From positions 1-56,011 of the forward strand of contig CAZYSY010000039.1 in assembly GCA_964650295.1 (NCBI GenBank): DNA of 56,011 bases, in the 5' to 3' direction. A program made the translations under genes and the position numbers. Source of the DNA: an uncultured Caldilineales bacterium. GTDB lineage: Bacteria; Chloroflexota; Anaerolineae; J102. The notes beneath the pieces are model-generated. The model made no database searches. It saw nothing but the letters and a program-made list of their open reading frames with translations, and had not been told where the DNA came from. This document shows positions 29,777 to 39,630 of the stretch, piece after piece; within the stretch, counting starts at the first letter, position 1, and every line of letters begins with the position of its first letter.

Positions 29777-29790
29777 TTGGAGTTCGCACT

Positions 29791-30579
29791 ATGTCAACAC
29801 CTTTTTCTTTCGACCTCACTCACAAAGTCGCCCTCATTACCGGCGGCACTCGGGGCATTGGTCTGGCCATTGCCGAAGCATTTGCAGCCGCTGGGGCGAA
29901 CGTTGTCATTGCCAGCCGCAAACAGGAGAATGTTGATCATGCTGTGAGTAAAATTCGCGCAGCGAATCATAATGTTTTGGGCATCGTGGCCCACACCGGC
30001 GAACAACGAGCCGTAGAGATGCTCGTGGCCCGGGCAGTCGAGACCTTGGGCGGCGTCGATATTCTGGTCAACAATGCCGCGACCAATCCTCATTTTGGCC
30101 CCTTGCTCTCGGCGGAGGAAAGCCACTGGGACAAAATTTTAGATGTAAATGTGAAGGGTTATTTTCGCACCGCCAAGGCGTGTGCGCCAATCATGCAAAA
30201 GCGTGGAGGCGGCAAGATCATCAACATTGCCTCCATTGCCGGACGTATTCCTCTGCCGGGCATGGGCGTCTATTCGGTCAGCAAGGCTGCGGTGCTGATG
30301 CTGACAGAAGCCCTGGCCGCGGAATTGGCCCCCCTTAACATCCAGGTCAACGCCATTGCCCCAGGATTGGTCAAGACGAAATTCAGCGCGGCGCTCTGGC
30401 AAAATCCGCAGATCTATGAGGCTGTGACGCGCGCCATTCCCCAACGACGCATGGCGGAGCCCCACGAGATTGCAGGTATCGCCTTGTATTTGGCCAGCCC
30501 GGCATCCGATTTCACAACCGGCGCCACAATAGTTGTTGATGGCGGCCAACTGGTGGGAGGGGCACAAATCAGCGATTGA
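29791..30579 (+). CDS. Short-chain dehydrogenase/reductase (DHRS4-like)
   Basis: [19 protein letters not shown]; GGAG RBS before ATG 29791. Confidence 0.93.
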   Translation: MSTPFSFDLTHKVALITGGTRGIGLAIAEAFAAAGANVVIASRKQENVDHAVSKIRAANHNVLGIVAHTGEQRAVEMLVARAVETLGGVDILVNNAATNPHFGPLLSAEESHWDKILDVNVKGYFRTAKACAPIMQKRGGGKIINIASIAGRIPLPGMGVYSVSKAAVLMLTEALAAELAPLNIQVNAIAPGLVKTKFSAALWQNPQIYEAVTRAIPQRRMAEPHEIAGIALYLASPASDFTTGATIVVDGGQLVGGAQISD

Positions 30580-30611
30580 TGCGAGTTTGGCGACTTGTTT
30601 GGGCAGACGCC

Positions 30612-30651
30612 CAGGCCCGATTGGTTGGGTATCGGGCCTGTGTTCTATAAT
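30612..30651 (+). promoter_or_regulatory. 10-bp inverted repeat followed by TATAAT (terminator/operator plus -10 for ClC)
   Basis: caggcccgat / atcgggcctg, then tataat at 30646-30651. Confidence 0.45.
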
Positions 30652-30804
30652 GGATATGGTGCGGTTCAAAGGCACGAATCCATTGAGGATAAATTCTCGC
30701 TCGGGCCGCTCAATTTCCGTTCGGGCCTGGGGGCATATGCGAGATTGCGTCGCCAAATGGCGTGCCTTGAGCTGCAACAATCCACTGAAAGAGGAGATTA
30801 TCTT

Positions 30805-32949
30805 TTGAGCACTGCAACGATGCAACCCTGGATGCGCCGTTGGTCCCGGCGGCTCACACACCTGGTGGACAAGCATCAGCCATCAGAGACAACCATCCTG
30901 CTGATGCTGTCCATCATCATTGGGTTGGTGACCGGTTTTGCAGCGGTCATCTTCATTCAACTCATCGATTGGATCACGCATCTTTCTTTTGGAGCGATTC
31001 CAGAGACGGTCAGCAGCCTGGGGCGCTGGTGGATCATCATTATCCCTGTGGCAGGCAGCTTGATCAGCGGGCCGATCATCGCTTTCTTTGCCAGCGAAGC
31101 CAAAGGGCATGGCGTGCCCGAGGTGATGCAGGCTATGGTGCTCAATGGCGGACGCATTCGTCCACGGGTGGCGGTGGCCAAAATTGCAGCCTCATCCGTA
31201 TGTATTGGCACGGGCGGTTCAGCAGGACGTGAGGGCCCCATTGTGCAGGTGGGGTCCACTTTTGGCTCCACCATGGGACAACTCTTTCGCATGTCAGATC
31301 GTCGCATTCGCAACCTGGTGGCATGCGGCGCGGCCGCGGGCATTGCCGCCACCTTCAACGCTCCCATTGCGGGCGTGGCGTTCGCCATCGAGGTGCTGGC
31401 CGGAGACCTGGCCATCAGCGTTGTTAGCAATGTGGTGATTGCTGCTGTGACCGCGGCGGTCGTTAGCCAGGCGTTTCTTGGGGCGGAGCCCGCTTTTCAC
31501 ATTCCCACCTATGCACTGAAGAACCCGGTGGAACTGCTGTTCTATGTAATTTTAGGATTGCTGGCGGGCGTAATGGGCGTCGTATTCATCAAGGTGCTTT
31601 ACGGCATGGAGGATATTTTCGACAACTGGAAGAAAATGCCCATGTGGGTGCGTCCTGCCATCGGCGCTTTATTGCTGGGCGTGGTCGGCTTTGTCTACCC
31701 CCCCATCCTGGCCCAATTAGGCATCGATCCCGAACTGGCCCGGGTTGGACTCCCCGTCGTCCGCAACATTCCTCACATCTTTGGCGCAGGTTTCGACACT
31801 ATCGAGGCCGCTCTGACTGGGCCTCTGCCCTGGCTCTTTCTCATCTCGCTTCTATTTCTCAAACTACTGGCCACAGCCCTCACCCTGGGCTCAGGAAATT
31901 CAGGCGGCGTCTTTGCCCCTGCGCTCTTTATGGGCGCGATGCTGGGCGGGTTCTTTGGACTGGCGGCAGATATGGCCTTCCCGCAATATGCCATCAATCC
32001 TGGCGCTTACGCCCTGGCGGGAATGGCCGCGGTCTTTGTCGGCGCGGCCCGGGCGCCTCTCACCGCCATCCTCATCGCCTTCGAGATGAGCAATGACTAT
32101 AAAGTAATCTTACCCCTCATGGCCGCCACCATCATTGCACTGATTGTGGCCCACCGGATCCATCCCGAATCCATTTACACCCTCAAACTGGCTCGACGCG
32201 GATTGCGTCTGCGCTTTGGGCGAGATGTCGATGTGCTGGATGGTGTATTGGTGAGCGAAGTCATGACCAAAAACCCTCCCACCATTCGCGAAAACGAGAC
32301 CATGGGCTATCTCGAAAAGTATTTTCTCACCACCCACCATCATGGGGTTATGGTGCTCAATGATAAGGATGAACTGGTGGGCGTCATCACCTTACAAGAT
32401 CTGGAGCGCTGTTTGAACAATCGTCCCGAGGATTGTCGCGCTTACAAAGTGCGAGATGTGATGACGAAATCCATGCTGATGACTTATCCTGATGAGAGCA
32501 TTGGCGATGCACTGCACAAGATGGCCGTACGAGACGTGGGACGGATGCCAGTGGTGGATCGCGACAATCCCACCAAATTGCTGGGGGCGGTACGGCGCAA
32601 CGATATTGCTCGAGCCTACCAACGCGGCATACTACGCCGCGATGTGCTTACCGAGCGAGCCAATTTGCTGCGAGCCAGTCGCACCGGAGGCACAGAATTT
32701 ATCGAACTCAGGGTGGAGCCAGGCTCGGTGGCGGAGGGTAAGAAGGTAAAGGAGCTGGACCTGCCTGAAGGCGTTCTGCTCACTACCCGATTCCATGACA
32801 ACAAACATCATCTCCTTCATGGCAACGATCTGTTATCTGCTGGCGATGTCGTGCTGGCGTTGGCCGAGCCAGAGGATGTTGAACCTCTAAAAGCCTTGTT
32901 TAAGCGAAGGCAGCTGACGATACGCCCCGAAAGCGGGCCGTTCGAATAA
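30805..32949 (+). CDS. ClC-family chloride channel/transporter with CBS pair and TrkA-C domain
   Basis: GHGVPE, GREGP, FNAP, GGVFAP, ESIY; TTG start 8 nt after GAGGAG. Confidence 0.93.
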   Translation: MSTATMQPWMRRWSRRLTHLVDKHQPSETTILLMLSIIIGLVTGFAAVIFIQLIDWITHLSFGAIPETVSSLGRWWIIIIPVAGSLISGPIIAFFASEAKGHGVPEVMQAMVLNGGRIRPRVAVAKIAASSVCIGTGGSAGREGPIVQVGSTFGSTMGQLFRMSDRRIRNLVACGAAAGIAATFNAPIAGVAFAIEVLAGDLAISVVSNVVIAAVTAAVVSQAFLGAEPAFHIPTYALKNPVELLFYVILGLLAGVMGVVFIKVLYGMEDIFDNWKKMPMWVRPAIGALLLGVVGFVYPPILAQLGIDPELARVGLPVVRNIPHIFGAGFDTIEAALTGPLPWLFLISLLFLKLLATALTLGSGNSGGVFAPALFMGAMLGGFFGLAADMAFPQYAINPGAYALAGMAAVFVGAARAPLTAILIAFEMSNDYKVILPLMAATIIALIVAHRIHPESIYTLKLARRGLRLRFGRDVDVLDGVLVSEVMTKNPPTIRENETMGYLEKYFLTTHHHGVMVLNDKDELVGVITLQDLERCLNNRPEDCRAYKVRDVMTKSMLMTYPDESIGDALHKMAVRDVGRMPVVDRDNPTKLLGAVRRNDIARAYQRGILRRDVLTERANLLRASRTGGTEFIELRVEPGSVAEGKKVKELDLPEGVLLTTRFHDNKHHLLHGNDLLSAGDVVLALAEPEDVEPLKALFKRRQLTIRPESGPFE

Positions 32950-32955
32950 TCAGCC

Positions 32956-32990
32956 AAAGGGGCGCAGTCAGTTGATGCGCCCCTTTTCTT
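32956..32990 (+). terminator. Rho-independent terminator
   Basis: aaaggggcgca-gtcagttga-tgcgcccctttt-ctt immediately after the ClC stop. Confidence 0.8.
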
Positions 32991-33002
32991 TAGGAGGCCC
33001 TA

Positions 33003-34208
33003 ATGTTCTCATCTCTGCGCAAAGCGCCTCGGAATATTTGGGCGCTTTCACTTACCAGTTTTTTCCGGGACGTAGCCAGCGAAATGCTCGTGCATTTGCT
33101 GCCGCTATTCCTGGCCAACGTATTGGGCATCCGCACTTCCATCATCGGGCTTATCGAGGGAATCGCCGAAACCACCGCCAGTTTGATGAAAATCTACTCG
33201 GGCTGGCTTTCGGACAAATTGGGCAGACGCAAGGAGTTGACCGTGGCTGGATATGGGTTGGCTGCCCTTGCCGCCCCACTCTTACTCATCGCCCGAAGCT
33301 GGCCTGTTGTGCTACTTTACCGATTTTTGGATCGTTTGGGTAAAGGGGTGCGCACAGCCCCACGCGACGCCCTCATCGCCGATTCCATCACGCCTGAACA
33401 TCGAGGCGTTGCTTTTGGTTTGCACCGAGCTGCAGATACAGGCGGCGCTTTCGTTGGATTACTGCTGGCCATCTGGCTGGTCTGGCGCTCGCAGTTGGGC
33501 GAATGGCAGCTCACTGCCGACACATTTCGCGCCATCGTCTGGTGGGCACTAATCCCGGCCATCCTGGCAGTGGCGACTGTGGCGTTTGGCGTCAAAGAAA
33601 CCTTAAAAACAACTCCGCCAAACGCTACTCCGCCCCATTTCACCCTTGCTGGTTTGGGACGTCCATTCCAACGTTTCCTGCTGGTGATGATCCTGTTCAC
33701 GCTAGGAAACAGCACCGACGCGTTTCTAGTCCTACGCGCCCAAAGCTCGGGCGCTTCGGTCGTCATGGTCCTGGCCATGATCGCGGGGTTCAATCTGATT
33801 TACGCGCTACTGGCGACGCCGGCAGGCGCAATTTCCGATAAAATTGACCGTCGCAAAGTGGTGATTACTGGCTGGCTACTCTATGCACTGGTCTATTTGG
33901 GCTTCGCCTTTGCCAGACATCCTTGGCATTTCTGGTTGCTTTATGGGGTCTATGGCGTGTACTACGCGCTGACCGACGGCGTCGCCAAGGCGCTGGTCGC
34001 AGACTTTGCTCCCGCGGCAAAGCGTGGGACCGCTTATGGCATATACAATGCGGCGGTGGGGCTGACGGTGCTACCCGCCAGCGTCATTGCAGGCATACTT
34101 TGGCAAGGAATCGGGACATGGATGGGGTTTGGACCCGCCGCGCCCTTTCTTTTTGGCAGCAGTTTATCGCTGCTGACCGCGACGCTTCTCTGGCGTTGGG
34201 TGCGCTAA
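33003..34208 (+). CDS. MFS transporter
   Basis: Motif A GWLSDKLGRRK, DRLGKGVRTAPRD, GAISDKIDRR; about 12 TM. Confidence 0.93.
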   Translation: MFSSLRKAPRNIWALSLTSFFRDVASEMLVHLLPLFLANVLGIRTSIIGLIEGIAETTASLMKIYSGWLSDKLGRRKELTVAGYGLAALAAPLLLIARSWPVVLLYRFLDRLGKGVRTAPRDALIADSITPEHRGVAFGLHRAADTGGAFVGLLLAIWLVWRSQLGEWQLTADTFRAIVWWALIPAILAVATVAFGVKETLKTTPPNATPPHFTLAGLGRPFQRFLLVMILFTLGNSTDAFLVLRAQSSGASVVMVLAMIAGFNLIYALLATPAGAISDKIDRRKVVITGWLLYALVYLGFAFARHPWHFWLLYGVYGVYYALTDGVAKALVADFAPAAKRGTAYGIYNAAVGLTVLPASVIAGILWQGIGTWMGFGPAAPFLFGSSLSLLTATLLWRWVR

Positions 34209-34496
34209 TTCGTCGTCCGCAGGGTTGTTTTTTGTGTTAAAATAGAATTGCCGACGCATCGCACTGGAATCAATGCCAAGATGACGCGGCGGCTGCTTCG
34301 CGGATATCATCGAATCTTCATGGATCTCAGCCAACCTGGCGCGGGCGGCCAGGCTCGTGAAACACACCCCGTGATGCGTGGCAACCTCACGCATTACGCA
34401 TCAACCATTACAAGGCTTGCAAACTCGGCCAAGATTGACGTCGAAATAGGTTCGCCGACGCCGCCAGACCTATTTTCAAAGCAGGAGATCATGCAC

Positions 34497-35948
34497 ATGA
34501 TCGACCGAAAAAATATCCAAAAACTCAGCCCCTACCTCTACGAAATCCCCACAAGTTTCCGCCAGGATATGCGCGTGCCCGCCCGCATCTATGCGGACGA
34601 GCGTATCCTGGAAGCCTCACTACGGGATAAATCCCTGATCCAATTAATCAATACGTCAACCTTGCCCGGCATCGTGGGGTACGCCCTGGCCATGCCAGAC
34701 ATTCATCAGGGGTATGGATTTCCCATCGGCGGCGTCATAGCCACCCGCGTGTCCGATGGCGTGGTCTCTCCCGGGGGAGTGGGTTACGACATCAACTGCG
34801 GCGTGCGCCTGCTGGCCTCGGAGCTGGAGGAAGGAGAGGTGCAACCCCATCTTGACGATCTGGCCACGATGCTTTACCAGCATGTGCCCAGTGGCGTGGG
34901 CGTGGGCGGGTTCCTCAAACTCTCGAAAAAGGAGTTGAACGAGCTTTTGGAAACCGGCTCGCAGTGGACGCTAAAAAAGGGATATGCAACGCATGACGAC
35001 CTGCGACACACAGAAGAAGAGGGCATGCTAGAAGCTGCCCGTGCGGACAAGGTAAGTGATCGGGCTAAGAAGCGCGGCCAGGGGCAGGTGGGCACCCTGG
35101 GCGCGGGCAATCATTTTGCCGAGATCGATGTAGTAGAGAAAATTTTCGATGACGAAGCCGCGGCCGCTTACGGGCTCTTTCCTGGCCAGATCACGGTGCT
35201 GATCCACTGCGGTTCCCGCGGGTTGGGACATCAAGTCTGCACAGACTATGTGCAACGGTTTCAGGGAGCCATCAAACGCTATAACATCCTGCTTCCCGAC
35301 CGGCAACTTGTTTGCGCGCCCATTCAGTCTCCAGAAGGTCAGGACTATCTGGCGGCTATGGCTGCTGCAGCCAATTTCGCCTGGGCCAACAGGCAGCTGC
35401 TCACCCATCAGACCCGGGAAGCGTTTATGAAGGTGTTGGCGGGCAAGGTGGCGAACTGGGATTTACGACTGGTATATGACATCGCCCACAACATGGCCAA
35501 GATCGAAACCCACGAAATCGATGGGAAAAAAGTGCAAGTCTGCGTCCATCGCAAGGGAGCCACACGGGCCTTCGGCCCGGGCCATCCCGTCCTCCCGCCC
35601 GATTATCAAGGTGTGGGGCAACCAGTGTTGGTGCCAGGCAGCATGGGCACGGCTTCCTATGTGCTAGCGGGCGCACCAGGAGCCATGCGCCAGACCTTTG
35701 GCTCCAGTTGCCACGGAGCTGGCCGACAGATGAGCCGCAAAGCGGCCAAACGACAGGTGCATGGTCGCGAATTGCGAGAGAAACTCGAGGCCCGGGGCAT
35801 TGCGGTGCGTGCGGGCAGTCTACGCGGGTTGGCCGAAGAAGCGCCTATTGCCTACAAAGATGTCAGCCAGGTGGTAGACATCGTGCACAAGGCGGGCATT
35901 GCCCGCAAAGTCGCGCGCTTGCGCCCCATCGCCGTGGTCAAAGGCTAG
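34497..35948 (+). CDS. rtcB: RNA ligase RtcB
   Basis: [52 protein letters not shown]; AGGAG RBS supports ATG 34497. Confidence 0.96.
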   Translation: MIDRKNIQKLSPYLYEIPTSFRQDMRVPARIYADERILEASLRDKSLIQLINTSTLPGIVGYALAMPDIHQGYGFPIGGVIATRVSDGVVSPGGVGYDINCGVRLLASELEEGEVQPHLDDLATMLYQHVPSGVGVGGFLKLSKKELNELLETGSQWTLKKGYATHDDLRHTEEEGMLEAARADKVSDRAKKRGQGQVGTLGAGNHFAEIDVVEKIFDDEAAAAYGLFPGQITVLIHCGSRGLGHQVCTDYVQRFQGAIKRYNILLPDRQLVCAPIQSPEGQDYLAAMAAAANFAWANRQLLTHQTREAFMKVLAGKVANWDLRLVYDIAHNMAKIETHEIDGKKVQVCVHRKGATRAFGPGHPVLPPDYQGVGQPVLVPGSMGTASYVLAGAPGAMRQTFGSSCHGAGRQMSRKAAKRQVHGRELREKLEARGIAVRAGSLRGLAEEAPIAYKDVSQVVDIVHKAGIARKVARLRPIAVVKG

Positions 35949-36039
35949 TCGTGGTTTGGAGCGTCCTGGCGTATGTCGTAAGATGACGCACACCCCCTTC
36001 ACTTTCCCCAAAATTCCCAAAACGAACTTCATCCTCACC

Positions 36040-36588
36040 ATGTCTACCTCTTCTTTCTGGCGCCACATCGCGCTACTGGTGGCCGCAGCGCTGCTCATGG
36101 CTTTCTCTTGCACTGCGCAAGATGATGGAGACAAAAAACTTGACGACGAAACCGTGGGGCCCTATCAGCTCTCGGTGTGGGTAAGTCCTGAACCGCCCAT
36201 TGTGGGATCGCTGCGCATCGCCGCCCAGCTCAGAGCAAGCGAGACAGGCGCACTCACCACCGCCCCCACAATCACCATCACCGCCAGCGCCCCCCACACC
36301 GATGTCCTTGAGTGGGACATGATGCGCATGGCAGAGAGCTACGCCGCCGATATCGATCTCCCATATGCCGCCACATGGCAAATAGAGATCCACGTCGAAG
36401 ATGGAACCCACAAGGCAACAGCATCATTTCCGCTGCACGTGCAACCTGCCCCCATCGATAACAACCTGGTGCGTCTGGCCGCCTTTGCCACACTGGTGGT
36501 GCTGGCCACAGGATGGTGGTTTTGGGGACGGCATCCCCGCAAAAAACGAGTGCGTAAACGCATCTTCATGCCCCGGCCCGACGAATAA
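36040..36588 (+). CDS. Exported Ig-like (YtkA/FixH-like) protein with C-terminal membrane anchor
   Basis: Signal/lipobox-like MAFSC, beta-rich core YAADIDLPYAATWQIEIHV, C-terminal TM followed by RKKR. Confidence 0.6.
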   Translation: MSTSSFWRHIALLVAAALLMAFSCTAQDDGDKKLDDETVGPYQLSVWVSPEPPIVGSLRIAAQLRASETGALTTAPTITITASAPHTDVLEWDMMRMAESYAADIDLPYAATWQIEIHVEDGTHKATASFPLHVQPAPIDNNLVRLAAFATLVVLATGWWFWGRHPRKKRVRKRIFMPRPDE

Positions 36589-36646
36589 AATTGAGTGTCC
36601 GATTCAGTAATCTCTGCAAGGTCACTTAATTTTTTCAAATCCCTTT

Positions 36647-36711
36647 ACCGCGAATGTTCGAAGAGACGAAGACCTTTCTTGCTTTCTTTCGTCTTCGTGT
36701 CCTGCGCGGTT
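36647..36711. repeat. Periodic palindromic element E between convergent genes
   Basis: accgcgaa..cgaagagacgaagac / ttcgtcttcgtgtcctgcgcggt. Confidence 0.65.
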
Positions 36712-36753
36712 TATGTGGGGACATGAATCGTCGCTAAACTTCTTATACGCGAC

Positions 36754-38931
36754 TTAGCTGGTGCGTTTGGCAATGACCAAGGTAAAATCATCGAACCGGG
36801 GGGCATCTCCTTTCCAGGCCTGCACATCCTCGTGAATGGCTGCCGCCATCTCTTCCGCAGAACGCCCCCACAACGCGTGAATGCGCTCATAGAAGCGTTC
36901 CCGTCCATAGGCTTCCATGTGCTCATTGACAGCATCGGTGACGCCATCGGTGTAGAGGATAATATAGTCGCCCGGAGCGACCCCTTGCCAGCGTTCTTCG
37001 ATGTGGATATCGGGCAAGATGCCCAGGGCCATGCCTTTGCCGCGCAAGGGGATAAGTGTATCCTTGCGAGCTAGCAATGCCAGGCCATGCCCACCCGAAG
37101 CATAACGCACCAGGTGAGAGCGTTGATCGAGCATGACATAGAACAAGGTGACGAAGAGATCGGAATAGGTCGTGTCGAGGATCGCTGTGTTCACACGCCG
37201 CAACACCACCGCCGGAGAAGGATCGCGAGCAGCGACCAGCCGCATGGTGGTGCGGCTCAGCGCCATATATAACGCCGCGGGAATGCCTTTATCGGCCACG
37301 TCAGCAATGACCAACCCCAATCGCCCATTTTGCAGGGGGATGAAATCGTAAAAATCGCCACCGATCTCCCGGGCAGGCTCCCATCGGGCCGCAAATTCAT
37401 AGCCCTTGAATCGAGGCAACTCATCGGGAAGGAAACCGAGCTGGATATCTCTCGCCACCTGTAGCTCGGTGGCGAGACGTTCTTGTTCAATGGCGGAAGC
37501 ATACAATCGGGCGTTGGCAATGGCCAGGGCTACGGCATCGGCCAAAGCTGTCAGGATGAATTCATCCTCCTCGCTGAATGCGCCCACCCGATCGCTCTGC
37601 ACATCCAGCACGCCCAACACGTCATCTTCGAGCTTGAGAGCAACTGCGATCTCACTACGGGTGTCAGGCAATAGTCGGGGATCATCCGGAATATAGAAAG
37701 GATCTTTGGTCACATCAGGCACATTGCGCAAGCGACCATGCGCGGCCACCCAGCCGATGACGCCCTTTCCCAATAGCTCATAACGTCCTTTGCGTCGCCA
37801 CAACGCATGTGTGGTGCGATCGCTAGAGGCCTTGAAGAGTAACCGTTTGCTTTCGGGATCGAGTTCGAAAATCTGAACATGATAATAGCCAAACGCCTCA
37901 GCGATGATATCGACCACGTAGGAAAACAGTCGATCCATATCCAGAATAGAGACCACCGAACGGGTCACGCGGGCCAGGGTTTGCAACTGATTTGCCCGGC
38001 GACGTTCAGCGTTTAGTAGCCGCACTTCGCCCAATGCCGCCGCGGCCTGATTCGCCAGAATACGAAGCAATGTGAGATGCTCCTGGGTGAACGCATTAGG
38101 CTCTTGACTTTGCACCGAAACAACGCCCAGGACCTGATTGGCCACCAGCATGGGTGCAAACAGAGCGGATGCCGGTGGGGTTGGGCTCTGATAGCTGGGA
38201 TGCGCTGGCAGATTTCGCCATTCCTTCTGAAAATCGTACACTAACAAGGCCTGACGGGTTTCCTTGAGCCACCCCATAATGCTATGCGCAGCGGGTGAGT
38301 CATACCAGGCCGCGGGTTGAGCCCGTCCTGATTCATTCCAGGCGAATAATTGCGTCTGATGCGGATGAAACAGCACGATATGGATACGGGCGGGTGGAAG
38401 GAACCGTCTGGCCTGGGATTGCAAAAGCCCGAGAATAGCGGGTTCATCCAGATCGGTGCGGGCCAGGGCCTGGCTGGCTTCGAGCAGGATTTCGAGCGCG
38501 TTTGCGAAGTGTGCGGGCAACGCATTGGTTTTGACCAGGATCAACACATTGCGCCCCTGCTCTCGGCGATAGCTGATGATATCCATCTTCTGGCGCATCA
38601 AAAAGATGCCCACTCCGCCCACGCGACGATCTTCCAGCGGCCCCGACGACTCCGGCGCCGGAGCGCTGGTGGGATCAAAGAAGATGCCTTCATCGATCAA
38701 TTCGATGATGACACTGCGTCCATCGCGCTTCATGCGAAGCATGATGGGACCGCCGCGCCCGGCATAACCATGCTCAACGATATTGCTGACCGCTTCATCC
38801 ACGGCAAGCTGAATATCGAATAACGCATCTGGATCCACCCCCCATGCCTGGCAACTTTCCGCGACAAAATCCAGCGCCCGGGCGGCAGCCTCGGGCCCAG
38901 CGTGAAGAATCAACTCACGGACGTCCTCCAT
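36754..38931 (-). CDS. Fusion of RsbW-like Ser kinase/anti-sigma, two GAF domains and a PP2C (SpoIIE/RsbU) phosphatase
   Basis: AVDEAVSNIVEHGY, IDEG, GGVGIFLM; two GAF domains; GGDFYDF, IADVADKG, YTDGVTD, DDFTL. Confidence 0.92.
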   Translation of the reverse strand: MEDVRELILHAGPEAAARALDFVAESCQAWGVDPDALFDIQLAVDEAVSNIVEHGYAGRGGPIMLRMKRDGRSVIIELIDEGIFFDPTSAPAPESSGPLEDRRVGGVGIFLMRQKMDIISYRREQGRNVLILVKTNALPAHFANALEILLEASQALARTDLDEPAILGLLQSQARRFLPPARIHIVLFHPHQTQLFAWNESGRAQPAAWYDSPAAHSIMGWLKETRQALLVYDFQKEWRNLPAHPSYQSPTPPASALFAPMLVANQVLGVVSVQSQEPNAFTQEHLTLLRILANQAAAALGEVRLLNAERRRANQLQTLARVTRSVVSILDMDRLFSYVVDIIAEAFGYYHVQIFELDPESKRLLFKASSDRTTHALWRRKGRYELLGKGVIGWVAAHGRLRNVPDVTKDPFYIPDDPRLLPDTRSEIAVALKLEDDVLGVLDVQSDRVGAFSEEDEFILTALADAVALAIANARLYASAIEQERLATELQVARDIQLGFLPDELPRFKGYEFAARWEPAREIGGDFYDFIPLQNGRLGLVIADVADKGIPAALYMALSRTTMRLVAARDPSPAVVLRRVNTAILDTTYSDLFVTLFYVMLDQRSHLVRYASGGHGLALLARKDTLIPLRGKGMALGILPDIHIEERWQGVAPGDYIILYTDGVTDAVNEHMEAYGRERFYERIHALWGRSAEEMAAAIHEDVQAWKGDAPRFDDFTLVIAKRTS

Positions 38932-39008
38932 ACGTTGTTACAGCTCCAAAACCCCGTACGTGTTTTTAGGGATTTCAGGGAGCGCAATTTGGCGCGAATT
39001 CATCAGAT

Positions 39009-39132
39009 TCAGTAGATCACGATTGCGAGAGCATGTGTCCAGCCGGATTGCGAATCCGGCGGGTTTGACGCTCGAATCACCGCCAGATCACGGATTCGGC
39101 TCTGCGTATCATGGCAAATCGTGATCTACTGA
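39009..39132. repeat. MITE/ncRNA-like element with a perfect 16-bp terminal IR
   Basis: tcagtagatcacgatt (39009-39024) / aatcgtgatctactga (39117-39132); internal hairpin gccggatt-gcg-aatccggc. Confidence 0.75.
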
Positions 39133-39202
39133 GATTGCTGAGGAAACGCTTCACATTTGGGGCAGACATCGCCAGTCTCGTCAGATTGTGAATCCGCCCG
39201 GA

Positions 39203-39247
39203 AAAAAGAAACGCCTCCATTATCAACACAAAGCGAGGGCGTTTTCA
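39203..39247 (-). terminator. Probable intrinsic terminator after the STAS gene
   Basis: Minus strand gaaaacgccctc ... gaggcgtttc followed by a T-run; long loop. Confidence 0.55.
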
Positions 39248-39248
39248 A

Positions 39249-39599
39249 CTAGAAACTGCCAACAGCTTCTGCTTCGGTCTCAAAGAACTTGAAATACTCG
39301 TCCAATCCTGCCAAATCAAACACTTCTTGTAACTTGGGTGGCGTTTCTGCCAGAAAGATATCGCCTCGCTTGAATTTGCGGCACTCCTTGGCTGTCGAGA
39401 TGAGCACGCGTAACGCCGCAGAGCTGAGAAAGTTGACATCGGACAAATTCAGAACAAGTTTATAGCGGCCATTCTTCATGACCGATTTCAGCGACTCCTC
39501 CAACTGAGGAGCTGTGCTGCTATCAATACGGCCATGTGGAATAAACAAATCACAGCGCTTCAGTTGTTTGTGATCCAAAGAAAATGTTTTGAGGGTCAT
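39249..39599 (-). CDS. STAS anti-sigma-factor antagonist (RsbV/SpoIIAA-like)
   Basis: GRIDSSTAPQL, LNLSDVNFLSSAALRVL (phospho-Ser), EVFDLAGLD; GGAG RBS. Confidence 0.93.
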   Translation of the reverse strand: MTLKTFSLDHKQLKRCDLFIPHGRIDSSTAPQLEESLKSVMKNGRYKLVLNLSDVNFLSSAALRVLISTAKECRKFKRGDIFLAETPPKLQEVFDLAGLDEYFKFFETEAEAVGSF

Positions 39600-39630
39600 G
39601 TTATTACTCCGAGGTGAAAAAAGAGGATAG

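Noticed and set aside
30595-30804. Fluoride riboswitch / CLC-F exporter
   Set aside because: No fluoride-riboswitch consensus seen and no GNNLI signature in the protein
34248-34496. 83-aa N-terminal extension of RtcB in the ORF track
   Set aside because: No RBS at TTG 34248, not RtcB-like, and AGGAG precedes ATG 34497
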